Sequence record: OR192075.1 | Length of the DNA: 64,000 nucleotides | Direction: 5' to 3' (one strand) | Source of the DNA: Escherichia phage MIZ6 | In this document: piece by piece, positions 24,739 through 33,233 of the stretch | Layout of the letters: each line of letters begins with the position of its first letter | How positions within the stretch are numbered: position 1 is the first letter of the stretch | Translations under genes and position numbers: made by a program | Notes under the pieces: model-generated | Databases searched by the model: none | Told to the model about the DNA's origin: nothing | Seen by the model: the letters and a program-made list of their open reading frames with translations, nothing else

Positions 24739-25335
24739 TTAACCCTCTTTCGTCATTAATTGAAAACCACGTTCAGCTTTTGAGATTTCGCTAGGACTTA
24801 AATCGTCACCAACATATTCTAGCATCATTTCTCGGATAATGTCAAGTGCTTTTTCATCACCTGATTTTAACTCGAACTCAAGTTCATAGTGAGCATCTCC
24901 AATTCCTTCGCCTAAACGTCGATAATAGAAAGTGTCTTTGCACATTTCCACTATACCACAACCCATATCTAGAGTCAATGACTTGCGATGTGTCATTATT
25001 TGCATTAGAGGAATGACATGTTCTGAGTTCACCCCTAGACTATCAACAAAATGGGCGAACTCATCCCATTTTGAAAACGTCATTTCCTCACGGTTGAACA
25101 GTCCAGATTCACCATCGACAATTTTGACCATGACTAATGTTCTATAAACGTCAAGTCGTGCATAAATTCCTTTTCGACGTAGTGCATGGTCTTCGGTATC
25201 ATAATAAAATTCGTGTTTTAATATGTTATCTCGGTCGACGAGATTGTACCCGTCATACATTGCCACCCACACATCACAGATTGTTTCCACGCCTTCATGT
25301 GAATGAGCATAGTATTTTAATTCAAGCTCTCTCAT
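24739..25335 (-). CDS. CYTH-like triphosphate tunnel metalloenzyme domain protein
   Basis: N-terminal E-x-E-x-K (ELELK) and C-terminal E-x-E-x-E (ELEFE) signature; Arg cluster LRRKG. Confidence 0.4.
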   Translation of the reverse strand: MRELELKYYAHSHEGVETICDVWVAMYDGYNLVDRDNILKHEFYYDTEDHALRRKGIYARLDVYRTLVMVKIVDGESGLFNREEMTFSKWDEFAHFVDSLGVNSEHVIPLMQIMTHRKSLTLDMGCGIVEMCKDTFYYRRLGEGIGDAHYELEFELKSGDEKALDIIREMMLEYVGDDLSPSEISKAERGFQLMTKEG

Positions 25336-25345
25336 ATGTCAACCC

Positions 25346-26293
25346 TTAGAACTCACCAATTTTCTGCAACATTTTAACTAACGCATTTGTTACAAAATAG
25401 TTATAAATTTTACCGCGTGGTGCTGGTTTAGATTTTTCCCATGCTAACAAAATTTCATATTCGATGTTATCGGGAATAAATTCAAAATCAATAAGTTCGC
25501 GGTTTTCGTCAAAGCGTCGTGCTTCTTCCTCTGTCATCAAAGACTTTGGATCTTCGGCATCGAAAATTTGCTCTAACCATTTGGTTGCAATTGGTTTAGC
25601 TCGTTCCCCTTCCAGTCGTGAGATAATGAAATCGCTACGGCACTTGATAGAAGCTACACCGTCTTTTGCGTCACCCTTAACACATTTTACCATAAGGTCT
25701 TTGTAAGGGCTACCGTATTTGCATTTCTTCCATGCTTTCTGTACTGGTGCCCACTGTTTCACGTTTTTGTATTTGTGCAACTGTGTGTAGTCACCATCGC
25801 CGGAGTTGATTAGCACCTGGCGACCTTCTACAGAAAACTTTTTAGTTAATACAGCGATTATATCATCCGCTTCAACTTTGTCAACCTTAATAACGTGATA
25901 AGGCATGTTCTCTTTAAACTCTTCGGTGATCTTATTGATCGCAGCAAAGATCATCTCCCAATCACGCGGATCTGCGTCTCGTTTTTCCTTACGGTTGCGT
26001 TTATAGTAAGGGGCGATATCACGTCGCCAGTAACCTTTACTTGAATCAAAGGCAAGTACCGTAATTGGGTATTGCTCTTTGAATTTTGTCATATTATAAC
26101 GCATGGTGTCAAGGATAAGATGACGGATCATGCCTTCATTAATAGGATCTTCCGGTTTAAAGGTATGCGAGATAGTAGCAATCATAAGCTGCGACATATC
26201 AATCAAATGCACACCTTCCGGCAGTTTATCTTCTGGATCATCGAAGAAATCATTAAGTGTAGCGGTAGTTTTTGTAAACGGGTTATACGTCAT
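25346..26293 (-). CDS. rnh: RNase H / 5'-3' flap exonuclease (T4 Rnh-like)
   Basis: near-colinear match to T4 RNase H (MIRHLILD, GYWRRD, KVDKVEADDIIAVL, DGDYTQLHKY.NVKQW, RGKIYNYF). Confidence 0.93.
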   Translation of the reverse strand: MTYNPFTKTTATLNDFFDDPEDKLPEGVHLIDMSQLMIATISHTFKPEDPINEGMIRHLILDTMRYNMTKFKEQYPITVLAFDSSKGYWRRDIAPYYKRNRKEKRDADPRDWEMIFAAINKITEEFKENMPYHVIKVDKVEADDIIAVLTKKFSVEGRQVLINSGDGDYTQLHKYKNVKQWAPVQKAWKKCKYGSPYKDLMVKCVKGDAKDGVASIKCRSDFIISRLEGERAKPIATKWLEQIFDAEDPKSLMTEEEARRFDENRELIDFEFIPDNIEYEILLAWEKSKPAPRGKIYNYFVTNALVKMLQKIGEF

Positions 26294-26295
26294 AA

Positions 26296-26481
26296 TTAAG
26301 TTCTCTCCACTCTCACAACAACATATTCACCAAACGAGTTAGATACTTCACGGTCATACCCGTACTTTTCCATAACTCGCAGAATTGCATTGTTTAATTC
26401 GGCACGGAAATAATTATAATCCTTATCAGGGATTCTGTCAACTACCCATTTTGCACCTTCTGACAAATCAACTTTAACCAT
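26296..26481 (-). CDS. hypothetical protein
   Basis: ORF with RBS AAGAGGATGA. Confidence 0.5.
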   Translation of the reverse strand: MVKVDLSEGAKWVVDRIPDKDYNYFRAELNNAILRVMEKYGYDREVSNSFGEYVVVRVERT

Positions 26482-26519
26482 AATATATCATCCTCTTTTG
26501 TTTCTATCAAGCCTTATTT

Positions 26520-26527
26520 TATAAATA
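26520..26527 (+). promoter_or_regulatory. T4-type late promoter -10 element TATAAATA upstream of gene 34
   Basis: exact TATAAATA about 28 nt upstream of ATG 26556. Confidence 0.5.
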
Positions 26528-26555
26528 TGAACATACTATAAAAGGAGACCCAATA

Positions 26556-29500
26556 ATGGCAGATTTTTCTCAACATTTCAAGGCCACATTTGGCTTTGAC
26601 GCTGGTAATGAAAAGGTCGTCAATGTAGCATACGCAGATAAAAACACATCAACGGATGCGGTCAACGTTGAATTTTTCAATTACCATAATGGTATTACTC
26701 AGTATGACACAACTCGCGGTTATGATCAATACGGAACTACAATCTATCAAAACCGTCCGTATTATGCAAAAGAAGATATCACAAAGCCAGCAGGTGATTT
26801 TGACCCGACTAAATGGCAAGCACTGCGCACCGATCCACGTTGGGATTATATTGCAGCAACTTCCGGTGATACTCCTTTAAAGTCTGGTGATTATATCGCA
26901 GCAGATGGTCAATTTGCAAACTTGACTTTCTCTATGCCAACTAAACCAGCAGAGGGAGACACTATAACAGTAAAAGATATCGGTGGCAAGTGTGGTGTTA
27001 ACGAATTATCGTTCTTGAGTTCAGGACATGAGTTTTACCATAACGGTAATGTGTATAACCGAAAATGGTATTGCACTACCCCGTATGCAATGAACTATTT
27101 CATCTTTGTTCGGAATCGTTGGCATGTTTATCAGACGGGAACAGAGCCGCGCGGTGTGTACGCACAGCCAGCGATTGATGCTATTCAAATGCAGAATGGT
27201 GACCAGGTATTTCGTCGTAGTTCGTTGGGTAATATTACCTTAGTGCTTCCTAAGTTTGCCAACAATGGCGACATGATCCAGACTACAGACCTTGACGGAT
27301 TAACCGCAACCAACCACGTTACGGTTAAAGTTCATGAGCACGCAGAAGAACAATCAATTGGCACGTCCGGTCTAAAAGAGATTATCGGTAAGCGTAGCGG
27401 TCATGGTGTATTCATCTTTGACAAGACGGAAAACTTATGGCGTTTGTGGGATGGTGATCAGTCTGTTCGTCTTAAACCGATCATCGATGACACTCGCTTG
27501 CAACCTAATAGCTATGTTGCTGTATTTGGTGATCGTGATGTTACTCTGACGCTGCCGACCAATGTCGAGCCGGGTGATCGTATTCAAGTTTCTATGCAGT
27601 ATATGCACGGAAACCAGAATTGCCGTATTATCACCCCCACAGAGGATACAAAAATCCTTATGCAGAAAAACATGGTTCAGTTTCCTAAGCGTAGCGAGTA
27701 CCCATTCAACGGGACCGACACATGGAAGGAAGTGTCTGAATTGTCGTTCAATGCGGCTAGTGATTATGTACCTTATCTGGAGTTCTCTTATTCAGAAGGT
27801 GATGATGGTAAGAAACATTGGCTGGTAGCACACTCTCATCCGATCGTCGAACGAGTAGACCCTACTCGTAAAGAGCGTGTTGGTGTAATTGCACTGGCTA
27901 CCCAGGATGAAACAAACAAAAACCATGAAGATAATCCTAGCGACGAAGTTGCGGTGACTCCAAAGGTTCTGGCTAATAAAACAGCCAACGAAACTCGACG
28001 CGGTATTGCTCGCATTGCAACTCAAGCGGAAACGCATCAAGATACTGGTTCCAACTTCCTGGATGATGTTATCGTTACGCCTAAAAAGTTAAATGACTGT
28101 GTTGCTACCGAAGCCCGTCGTGGTGTGATGGAAATTGCAACCCAGCACGAAACCAATGAAGGTTTAGACGATACCCGCGCTATTACTCCTAAGAAATTAG
28201 AAGAACGTCGCGCTTCCGAAGATCTCGCTGGTATTGCTGAAATTGTTCAGGTTGGCGGTAGTGCTGCCGCTCGACGTGGCGAAGCTGGTACAGGGATCTA
28301 TAACATCAACGACCATGCTAAAATTGTTACGCCAAAAAACATCAACGAGGTCAAGGCGACCGAAACTTCCCGTGGTGTTGGCTATCTGGCAACTGACGCG
28401 GAAGTGCAAGGGGCTACAGAATCAACCCCGCAAGATGCTTTACTAATCACGACTCGCACGCTAACGAAACGTACTGCTACCGAATCGCGCACTGGTATCG
28501 CTGAAATTGCAACTCAGGAAGAAACAAACTTAGGTCAAAGTGATAACCATATCATCACGCCTAAAAAGCTGCATACTCGCCGCGCAACGGAAACTTTACA
28601 TGGTTTAGCAGAAATTGCAACTCAGCCGGAATTTGACGCAGGTCTTGACGATGCTCGCATTTCTACTCCATTGAAGATTAAAACCTTCTTTGAGAATGCA
28701 CAGCGTTTGAAAGTAGATCCGACTCAGGGGCTTAACCTTACTGGTGATTTGTGGCAAGGTATCATGATCAGCGGTCTGGATGCAACCGAAGACACAAAAG
28801 GTGTCGCTAAAGTTGCTACTACTCAGCTTACGGATGCTGGTCAAGATGATACTACAATCATCACGCCTAAAAAGCTGCAAGGCAAAAAAGCCACCGAAGG
28901 TAAAGAAGGTATTATCCGCGTTGGTACTCAAGCCGAAACCGTGGCTGGTACACTGGCTAATGTAGCAATTTCTCCGAAGAACTTCAAATATGTTGTTCAG
29001 ACAGAGGATACATGGAAAGCAACCGAAGCTCGTCGTGGTTTCTTGAAAGTTGCTACTCAGGAAAACTGTTTTGTTGGTGACAATCTGCAAGGTTCTACTC
29101 AAGAACTAGGAAACTACCAGCATGACGGAATTGCTGTTACTCCGAAAGGATTAAACTACGCACTTGCTAATTTCTTACCTAAGATGGCAACCGCTCAGAA
29201 TAGTTTGAAATTGGGTAACGTAGAGGCCGCTAAATGGGCGCGTAGAGACATTGACCAGACCATAGAGAGCAATTACACGTTTAATAAAAACGTTAACGTG
29301 AAGGGCGATTTAGGGTGCTTAAAATCTGGTTCCTTTGAAACTCTTTCTGTGACTAAGAACTCTACTGATGTTCCGAGTAATGGTCATCTGGTGTTGGGTA
29401 AGCGTGGAGTTGACGGTCACACCGGAATTACTCTGCATGGTACAACCGCATCGGAAGGCATGAAAAACTCGTGGTCTATTATCGTTGGTGGTACTGGAAC

Positions 29501-30296
29501 AGCGCAAGTTGTTGATAGTGATGCTATCGCTTTCGGTCAAATCAATGATGGTGGAGTCGTCGAGCATTACGCCTTTGCTGTGGAACACAATGGCGACGCG
29601 ACAGCATATAGAGACTTTATTGCAGGTCGTAACCTGTATGCGAAACAAGGCGGTTTATACATTGTTGACCAGTCTAATCCGGCAATGACTCGTTCCCCAG
29701 ATGGTATGCTGAATATCGGTCACGGTGGAAGTGTTAACATCAAGGCAGGTCATCAAACGTTAACTACCGAGATCGCCGGACAGAAATATCAGATCGTACA
29801 CGCAGGAAACGCTGACGAAGTTCTTAACCGTCAGTTTGTTAAGAATGCTGGCGATACAATGGTCGGCAAGCTGACTATGGATAATGCGCCTATTGTTTCT
29901 GTTAAGCATGAAGCTAGCGCGGCAACCGCTCCGGCAATCGGCAACATCGGTTTCTGGAATATGCGAGTTACTACCCAGAACATCAAAGAAACTTATCCAG
30001 AGAAGAAAAACGGTACTCTGATGCAATGGGGTACTGACGCGGACGGGCTTACCCAGCTTTGGTCCCCTGATGGTACTCATAAACATTATATCCGTTCCGG
30101 TACTGGTGGTCAATGGACCGCATGGGGTGAAATTTACACCAAACAGAATAAGCCTACCGCTCAGGAAATCGGGGCAGTAGTTGCAGAAGGTGGTTTAATG
30201 AACTCTATGACGGTTCGTGATTGGATCAAAGTTGGTAATGTTAAAATCATCGCCAATAATCTGACTCGTACCGTAGACTTTATCTGGGAAGACTAA
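26556..30296 (+). CDS. 34: long tail fibre proximal subunit (T4 gp34-like)
   Basis: 1246 aa; N-terminus and repeated ATQ/ITPKKL motifs match T4 gp34. Confidence 0.9.
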   Translation: MADFSQHFKATFGFDAGNEKVVNVAYADKNTSTDAVNVEFFNYHNGITQYDTTRGYDQYGTTIYQNRPYYAKEDITKPAGDFDPTKWQALRTDPRWDYIAATSGDTPLKSGDYIAADGQFANLTFSMPTKPAEGDTITVKDIGGKCGVNELSFLSSGHEFYHNGNVYNRKWYCTTPYAMNYFIFVRNRWHVYQTGTEPRGVYAQPAIDAIQMQNGDQVFRRSSLGNITLVLPKFANNGDMIQTTDLDGLTATNHVTVKVHEHAEEQSIGTSGLKEIIGKRSGHGVFIFDKTENLWRLWDGDQSVRLKPIIDDTRLQPNSYVAVFGDRDVTLTLPTNVEPGDRIQVSMQYMHGNQNCRIITPTEDTKILMQKNMVQFPKRSEYPFNGTDTWKEVSELSFNAASDYVPYLEFSYSEGDDGKKHWLVAHSHPIVERVDPTRKERVGVIALATQDETNKNHEDNPSDEVAVTPKVLANKTANETRRGIARIATQAETHQDTGSNFLDDVIVTPKKLNDCVATEARRGVMEIATQHETNEGLDDTRAITPKKLEERRASEDLAGIAEIVQVGGSAAARRGEAGTGIYNINDHAKIVTPKNINEVKATETSRGVGYLATDAEVQGATESTPQDALLITTRTLTKRTATESRTGIAEIATQEETNLGQSDNHIITPKKLHTRRATETLHGLAEIATQPEFDAGLDDARISTPLKIKTFFENAQRLKVDPTQGLNLTGDLWQGIMISGLDATEDTKGVAKVATTQLTDAGQDDTTIITPKKLQGKKATEGKEGIIRVGTQAETVAGTLANVAISPKNFKYVVQTEDTWKATEARRGFLKVATQENCFVGDNLQGSTQELGNYQHDGIAVTPKGLNYALANFLPKMATAQNSLKLGNVEAAKWARRDIDQTIESNYTFNKNVNVKGDLGCLKSGSFETLSVTKNSTDVPSNGHLVLGKRGVDGHTGITLHGTTASEGMKNSWSIIVGGTGTAQVVDSDAIAFGQINDGGVVEHYAFAVEHNGDATAYRDFIAGRNLYAKQGGLYIVDQSNPAMTRSPDGMLNIGHGGSVNIKAGHQTLTTEIAGQKYQIVHAGNADEVLNRQFVKNAGDTMVGKLTMDNAPIVSVKHEASAATAPAIGNIGFWNMRVTTQNIKETYPEKKNGTLMQWGTDADGLTQLWSPDGTHKHYIRSGTGGQWTAWGEIYTKQNKPTAQEIGAVVAEGGLMNSMTVRDWIKVGNVKIIANNLTRTVDFIWED

Positions 30297-30301
30297 TTAA
30301 A

Positions 30302-30317
30302 GGGGGCGAAAGCCCCC
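30302..30317 (+). other. intergenic stem-loop between genes 34 and 35 (no T-tract)
   Basis: GGGGGCGAAAGCCCCC palindrome immediately before RBS of gene 35. Confidence 0.4.
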
Positions 30318-30329
30318 TATGGGGTTATT

Positions 30330-31469
30330 ATGACACAAGATATAGAATTACGCAACACTGGAATTAGGTTTGCGCATTTCGACGAAGACTCTGCGACATT
30401 TACCAGCATTTCAGAAAATAACTCTGTGATGTATAAGCTGGAAGTGCGCGGATCTAATGCGGATTCTACCAAACCAGCAAGAATTAGATTTAATGGAGTG
30501 GAGATCGTTGGCACTGGCTATGAAAATGGCCTAAATTTTAAAGTTCTTACTCCAACTGGACAACTACACGAAGAAAAGGTATTCTATGGTCGCGGTGCTG
30601 TTTTGGCAATGCGTGATTATCTTTCTTTGCTGAAAGGTGACTATATCATTGCGATGGCAACGCATGGAGAATTGTTTGCAGATCCGATAAGTGATGTTGT
30701 ATTTTCTAAGATGGGATCTGTATCATTCCCGAATCACATTTTGCTACAGCAAATGCCTCGCGTATCCTATGCAGCAATTTATTCTACTAAAATGGGTAAA
30801 ATTGTGTGCGAAGGGATGCAAGCGACCCACGGGGAAGGACAAGATTCATCTATACAAATTGAGAAGGTTTATGATACTATAGATGATCTTGCTATAACAG
30901 GAACACCACAACGATTTTTAGATTATCCGGTTGAGTATGTTAGCGAAGATGCCGAACATTTCGAGCTAATACAATGGCCTCGTGATGAGACCAGCGCACC
31001 ACTTGAGGATTTTAACATAAAGGCAGGTGACAAACTATCAATATCCTTTGAATTGTTCCGTGATAGTGCCGCAGCCGCAGCCAACGTAACAGCGCGTTTC
31101 TATCACAACTACTTCACCGATGGACAATATCAAACTGGTGTTCGATACAATGCCAGCAAAAAAGACCAATGGGAAAAGTTTGAAGCCGTCTATACCGTAC
31201 CGGAAGGTGTCGATAGTGTAGTAACTGGTTGTATCAGATATCCAACCAACTCCAATGAAGGTATTGTTAAAATTAGAAACATACTAATAACGCCGATCAG
31301 TGGAGTGGTCAAAACTACTGGTCCTACTTCATTTGGTGTTAATGGTGTTAGAACAACTCATATTCAGGATAACGGTGATTTTACTAACCCTGTAATGAGT
31401 CTTCTTAAGCTGCCTAGAGACAATAAACATATCACATCCAACAACTTTAAAGAGTTCGATGTTGATTAA
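30330..31469 (+). CDS. 35: long tail fibre hinge protein (T4 gp35-like)
   Basis: 379 aa (T4 gp35 is 372 aa); position between 34 and 36. Confidence 0.75.
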   Translation: MTQDIELRNTGIRFAHFDEDSATFTSISENNSVMYKLEVRGSNADSTKPARIRFNGVEIVGTGYENGLNFKVLTPTGQLHEEKVFYGRGAVLAMRDYLSLLKGDYIIAMATHGELFADPISDVVFSKMGSVSFPNHILLQQMPRVSYAAIYSTKMGKIVCEGMQATHGEGQDSSIQIEKVYDTIDDLAITGTPQRFLDYPVEYVSEDAEHFELIQWPRDETSAPLEDFNIKAGDKLSISFELFRDSAAAAANVTARFYHNYFTDGQYQTGVRYNASKKDQWEKFEAVYTVPEGVDSVVTGCIRYPTNSNEGIVKIRNILITPISGVVKTTGPTSFGVNGVRTTHIQDNGDFTNPVMSLLKLPRDNKHITSNNFKEFDVD

Positions 31470-31481
31470 CATTTTTAACAA

Positions 31482-31510
31482 GCCGATCCATGTGGTCGGC
31501 TTTATTTTTA
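31482..31510 (+). terminator. rho-independent terminator after gene 35
   Basis: hairpin GCCGATCCATGTGGTCGGC followed by TTTATTTTTA. Confidence 0.65.
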
Positions 31511-31515
31511 TACAG

Positions 31516-31534
31516 TTGGTTAAAATGTAACCAA
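31516..31534. promoter_or_regulatory. perfect palindrome TTGGTTA-N5-TAACCAA (possible operator)
   Basis: seen in 34/35 to 36 intergenic region. Confidence 0.3.
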
Positions 31535-31631
31535 AACGAAGAAAGATCTTTAGAATAATAGAAAATTTGTTTCGGTTAAAAATTAGTCAGTGCCTCCGGC
31601 ACGTCGCGAAGCGATATTTTTGTTAACATTC

Positions 31632-31639
31632 TATAAATA
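31632..31639 (+). promoter_or_regulatory. T4-type late promoter -10 element TATAAATA upstream of gene 36
   Basis: exact TATAAATA about 33 nt upstream of ATG 31673. Confidence 0.5.
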
Positions 31640-31672
31640 CTCGGAACTATAACTAATTTTTGAGGTTACTTT

Positions 31673-33163
31673 ATGGCAGATTTGAAATATGGATCTACTG
31701 TAGGTGGATCTCCCATTTGGACGCAAGGAAACTTGACGATCCAGCCAGCGGGGGATCAGCTTTTCTACAAAGGTCATAAAATCTATACCGCTTTTGATAG
31801 ACCTTCGGCTACCGATTTTGATGCTGTTAGTGCATCCGAAGGTGGCACATTTCAAAAGCAAGTTCATTTCGAGGAAGGTTTAAGCGTAGGTAGCGCATCG
31901 GCTGGAGAAACCAAAAAGAATGGTATCTTTAAAGGTCAGAGTGACGCTGCTAATTTTGACGGCGTAAGCTGGGGTTTGCATTCATGGAAGTCAATCGGCT
32001 TTGTTAATGCCCGTGATGGCGTTATTATGGCGTATATTGACACCACAACGGGCGAATTTAAGTCTAAAGGGACTATCGAAGGGACAACCATTAAAGACAC
32101 AGGTCAACGCGTCTATAGCCCTGTTAATAAACCAACGAATAATGATTTAGATTTGGTGTCTCGTCGCGGTGATACCCTCACAGGAACATATAATTTAAAC
32201 ACCGTCACTGTTAAACTATCGGTTGATTCGAAATTAATTGCAAGGGAACGTGATTTAATTAATTTTGATGCGACTAAGATCTATTATGGTAACGTTCTTG
32301 ATACGTTGGTCTTCCGAAGTAAAGATGAGCCTACCATTTTTGTTAATGGCAAAGAAGGTCGTTTTTATCACACCAACAATAAACCAACTAAAGCCGATGT
32401 TGGACTAGGCAATGTCACCAATGATGCACAGGTTAAACGTGCTGGTGATATTATGGAAGGTAACTTGCAAGCGCCTAGAATGTTGGCGACAAACGATCCT
32501 GCTGGTCCGAATGAATTGGTTCGTTTGAGCTACTTTGAGAGAAAATCAATGGTAGCAAATCCAACCATCATAGGAAACGTTGATTGGAACACTCTTATTA
32601 ATCGCGGTATCTATCGTGTGGAAAATGCTGGGTCGGGTACTAATAAACCGTCTGATAGCTATTATAACGGCGTTTTGATGGTATATCGCCCAGAAGATGC
32701 GGTCGGTACTCGTCGAATTGTTCAGGTGTATTATCCTGAATCTATTGACCATCCGATGTGCTGGCGTTCTTGTTCTAATGAATCATGGACTGCATGGAAC
32801 TATGTAGATCACCGTAAATTAGCCGATATTCGCTATGTTAACGTAACTGGCGATACCATGACAGGACCGTTAACTGTTCCGGCTGCAAACGGTGTTAGAA
32901 CGGCTAAAACTAACTATAACGGGGATAACTGTTATGCGGCGTTAAGCGGTGCTGATGGTACTGCTATGATTCACCGCATTAGTGATATTAAAGGGACCGA
33001 AAAGCTGGGGATCACCCACGACTCAAAGGTCGTGTTTTTCCGTTCTAGAAACAATACTCAAACCGTGGACCGCTATCAGCTTTATCATGAAGGTAATAAA
33101 CCTACTCCGGCTGATGTTGGAGCGGTTCCACTTAATGCGGTGATTGATTTTGGTACTTTCTAA
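31673..33163 (+). CDS. 36: long tail fibre distal connector (T4 gp36-like, enlarged)
   Basis: N-terminus MADLKYGSTVGGSPIWTQGN matches T4 gp36; 496 aa versus 221 aa in T4. Confidence 0.8.
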   Translation: MADLKYGSTVGGSPIWTQGNLTIQPAGDQLFYKGHKIYTAFDRPSATDFDAVSASEGGTFQKQVHFEEGLSVGSASAGETKKNGIFKGQSDAANFDGVSWGLHSWKSIGFVNARDGVIMAYIDTTTGEFKSKGTIEGTTIKDTGQRVYSPVNKPTNNDLDLVSRRGDTLTGTYNLNTVTVKLSVDSKLIARERDLINFDATKIYYGNVLDTLVFRSKDEPTIFVNGKEGRFYHTNNKPTKADVGLGNVTNDAQVKRAGDIMEGNLQAPRMLATNDPAGPNELVRLSYFERKSMVANPTIIGNVDWNTLINRGIYRVENAGSGTNKPSDSYYNGVLMVYRPEDAVGTRRIVQVYYPESIDHPMCWRSCSNESWTAWNYVDHRKLADIRYVNVTGDTMTGPLTVPAANGVRTAKTNYNGDNCYAALSGADGTAMIHRISDIKGTEKLGITHDSKVVFFRSRNNTQTVDRYQLYHEGNKPTPADVGAVPLNAVIDFGTF

Positions 33164-33168
33164 TTTTA

Positions 33169-33192
33169 GCGGGGATTATCTCCCCGCTTTTC
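33169..33192 (+). terminator. putative terminator after gene 36
   Basis: hairpin GCGGGGATTATCTCCCCGC plus TTTTC. Confidence 0.5.
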
Positions 33193-33233
33193 TAAATAAT
33201 ATTATTCTAATAACCGTTTAAGGATTTTATAAA

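Noticed and set aside
28605-29102. Minus-strand ORFs inside gene 34 (and similar ones inside genes 36 and 37)
   Set aside because: Antisense to strongly supported tail-fibre genes; no RBS; typical shadow ORFs
31470-31672. About 200-bp non-coding gap checked for a tRNA or small RNA gene
   Set aside because: No cloverleaf-compatible sequence; content is a terminator, a palindrome and a late promoter
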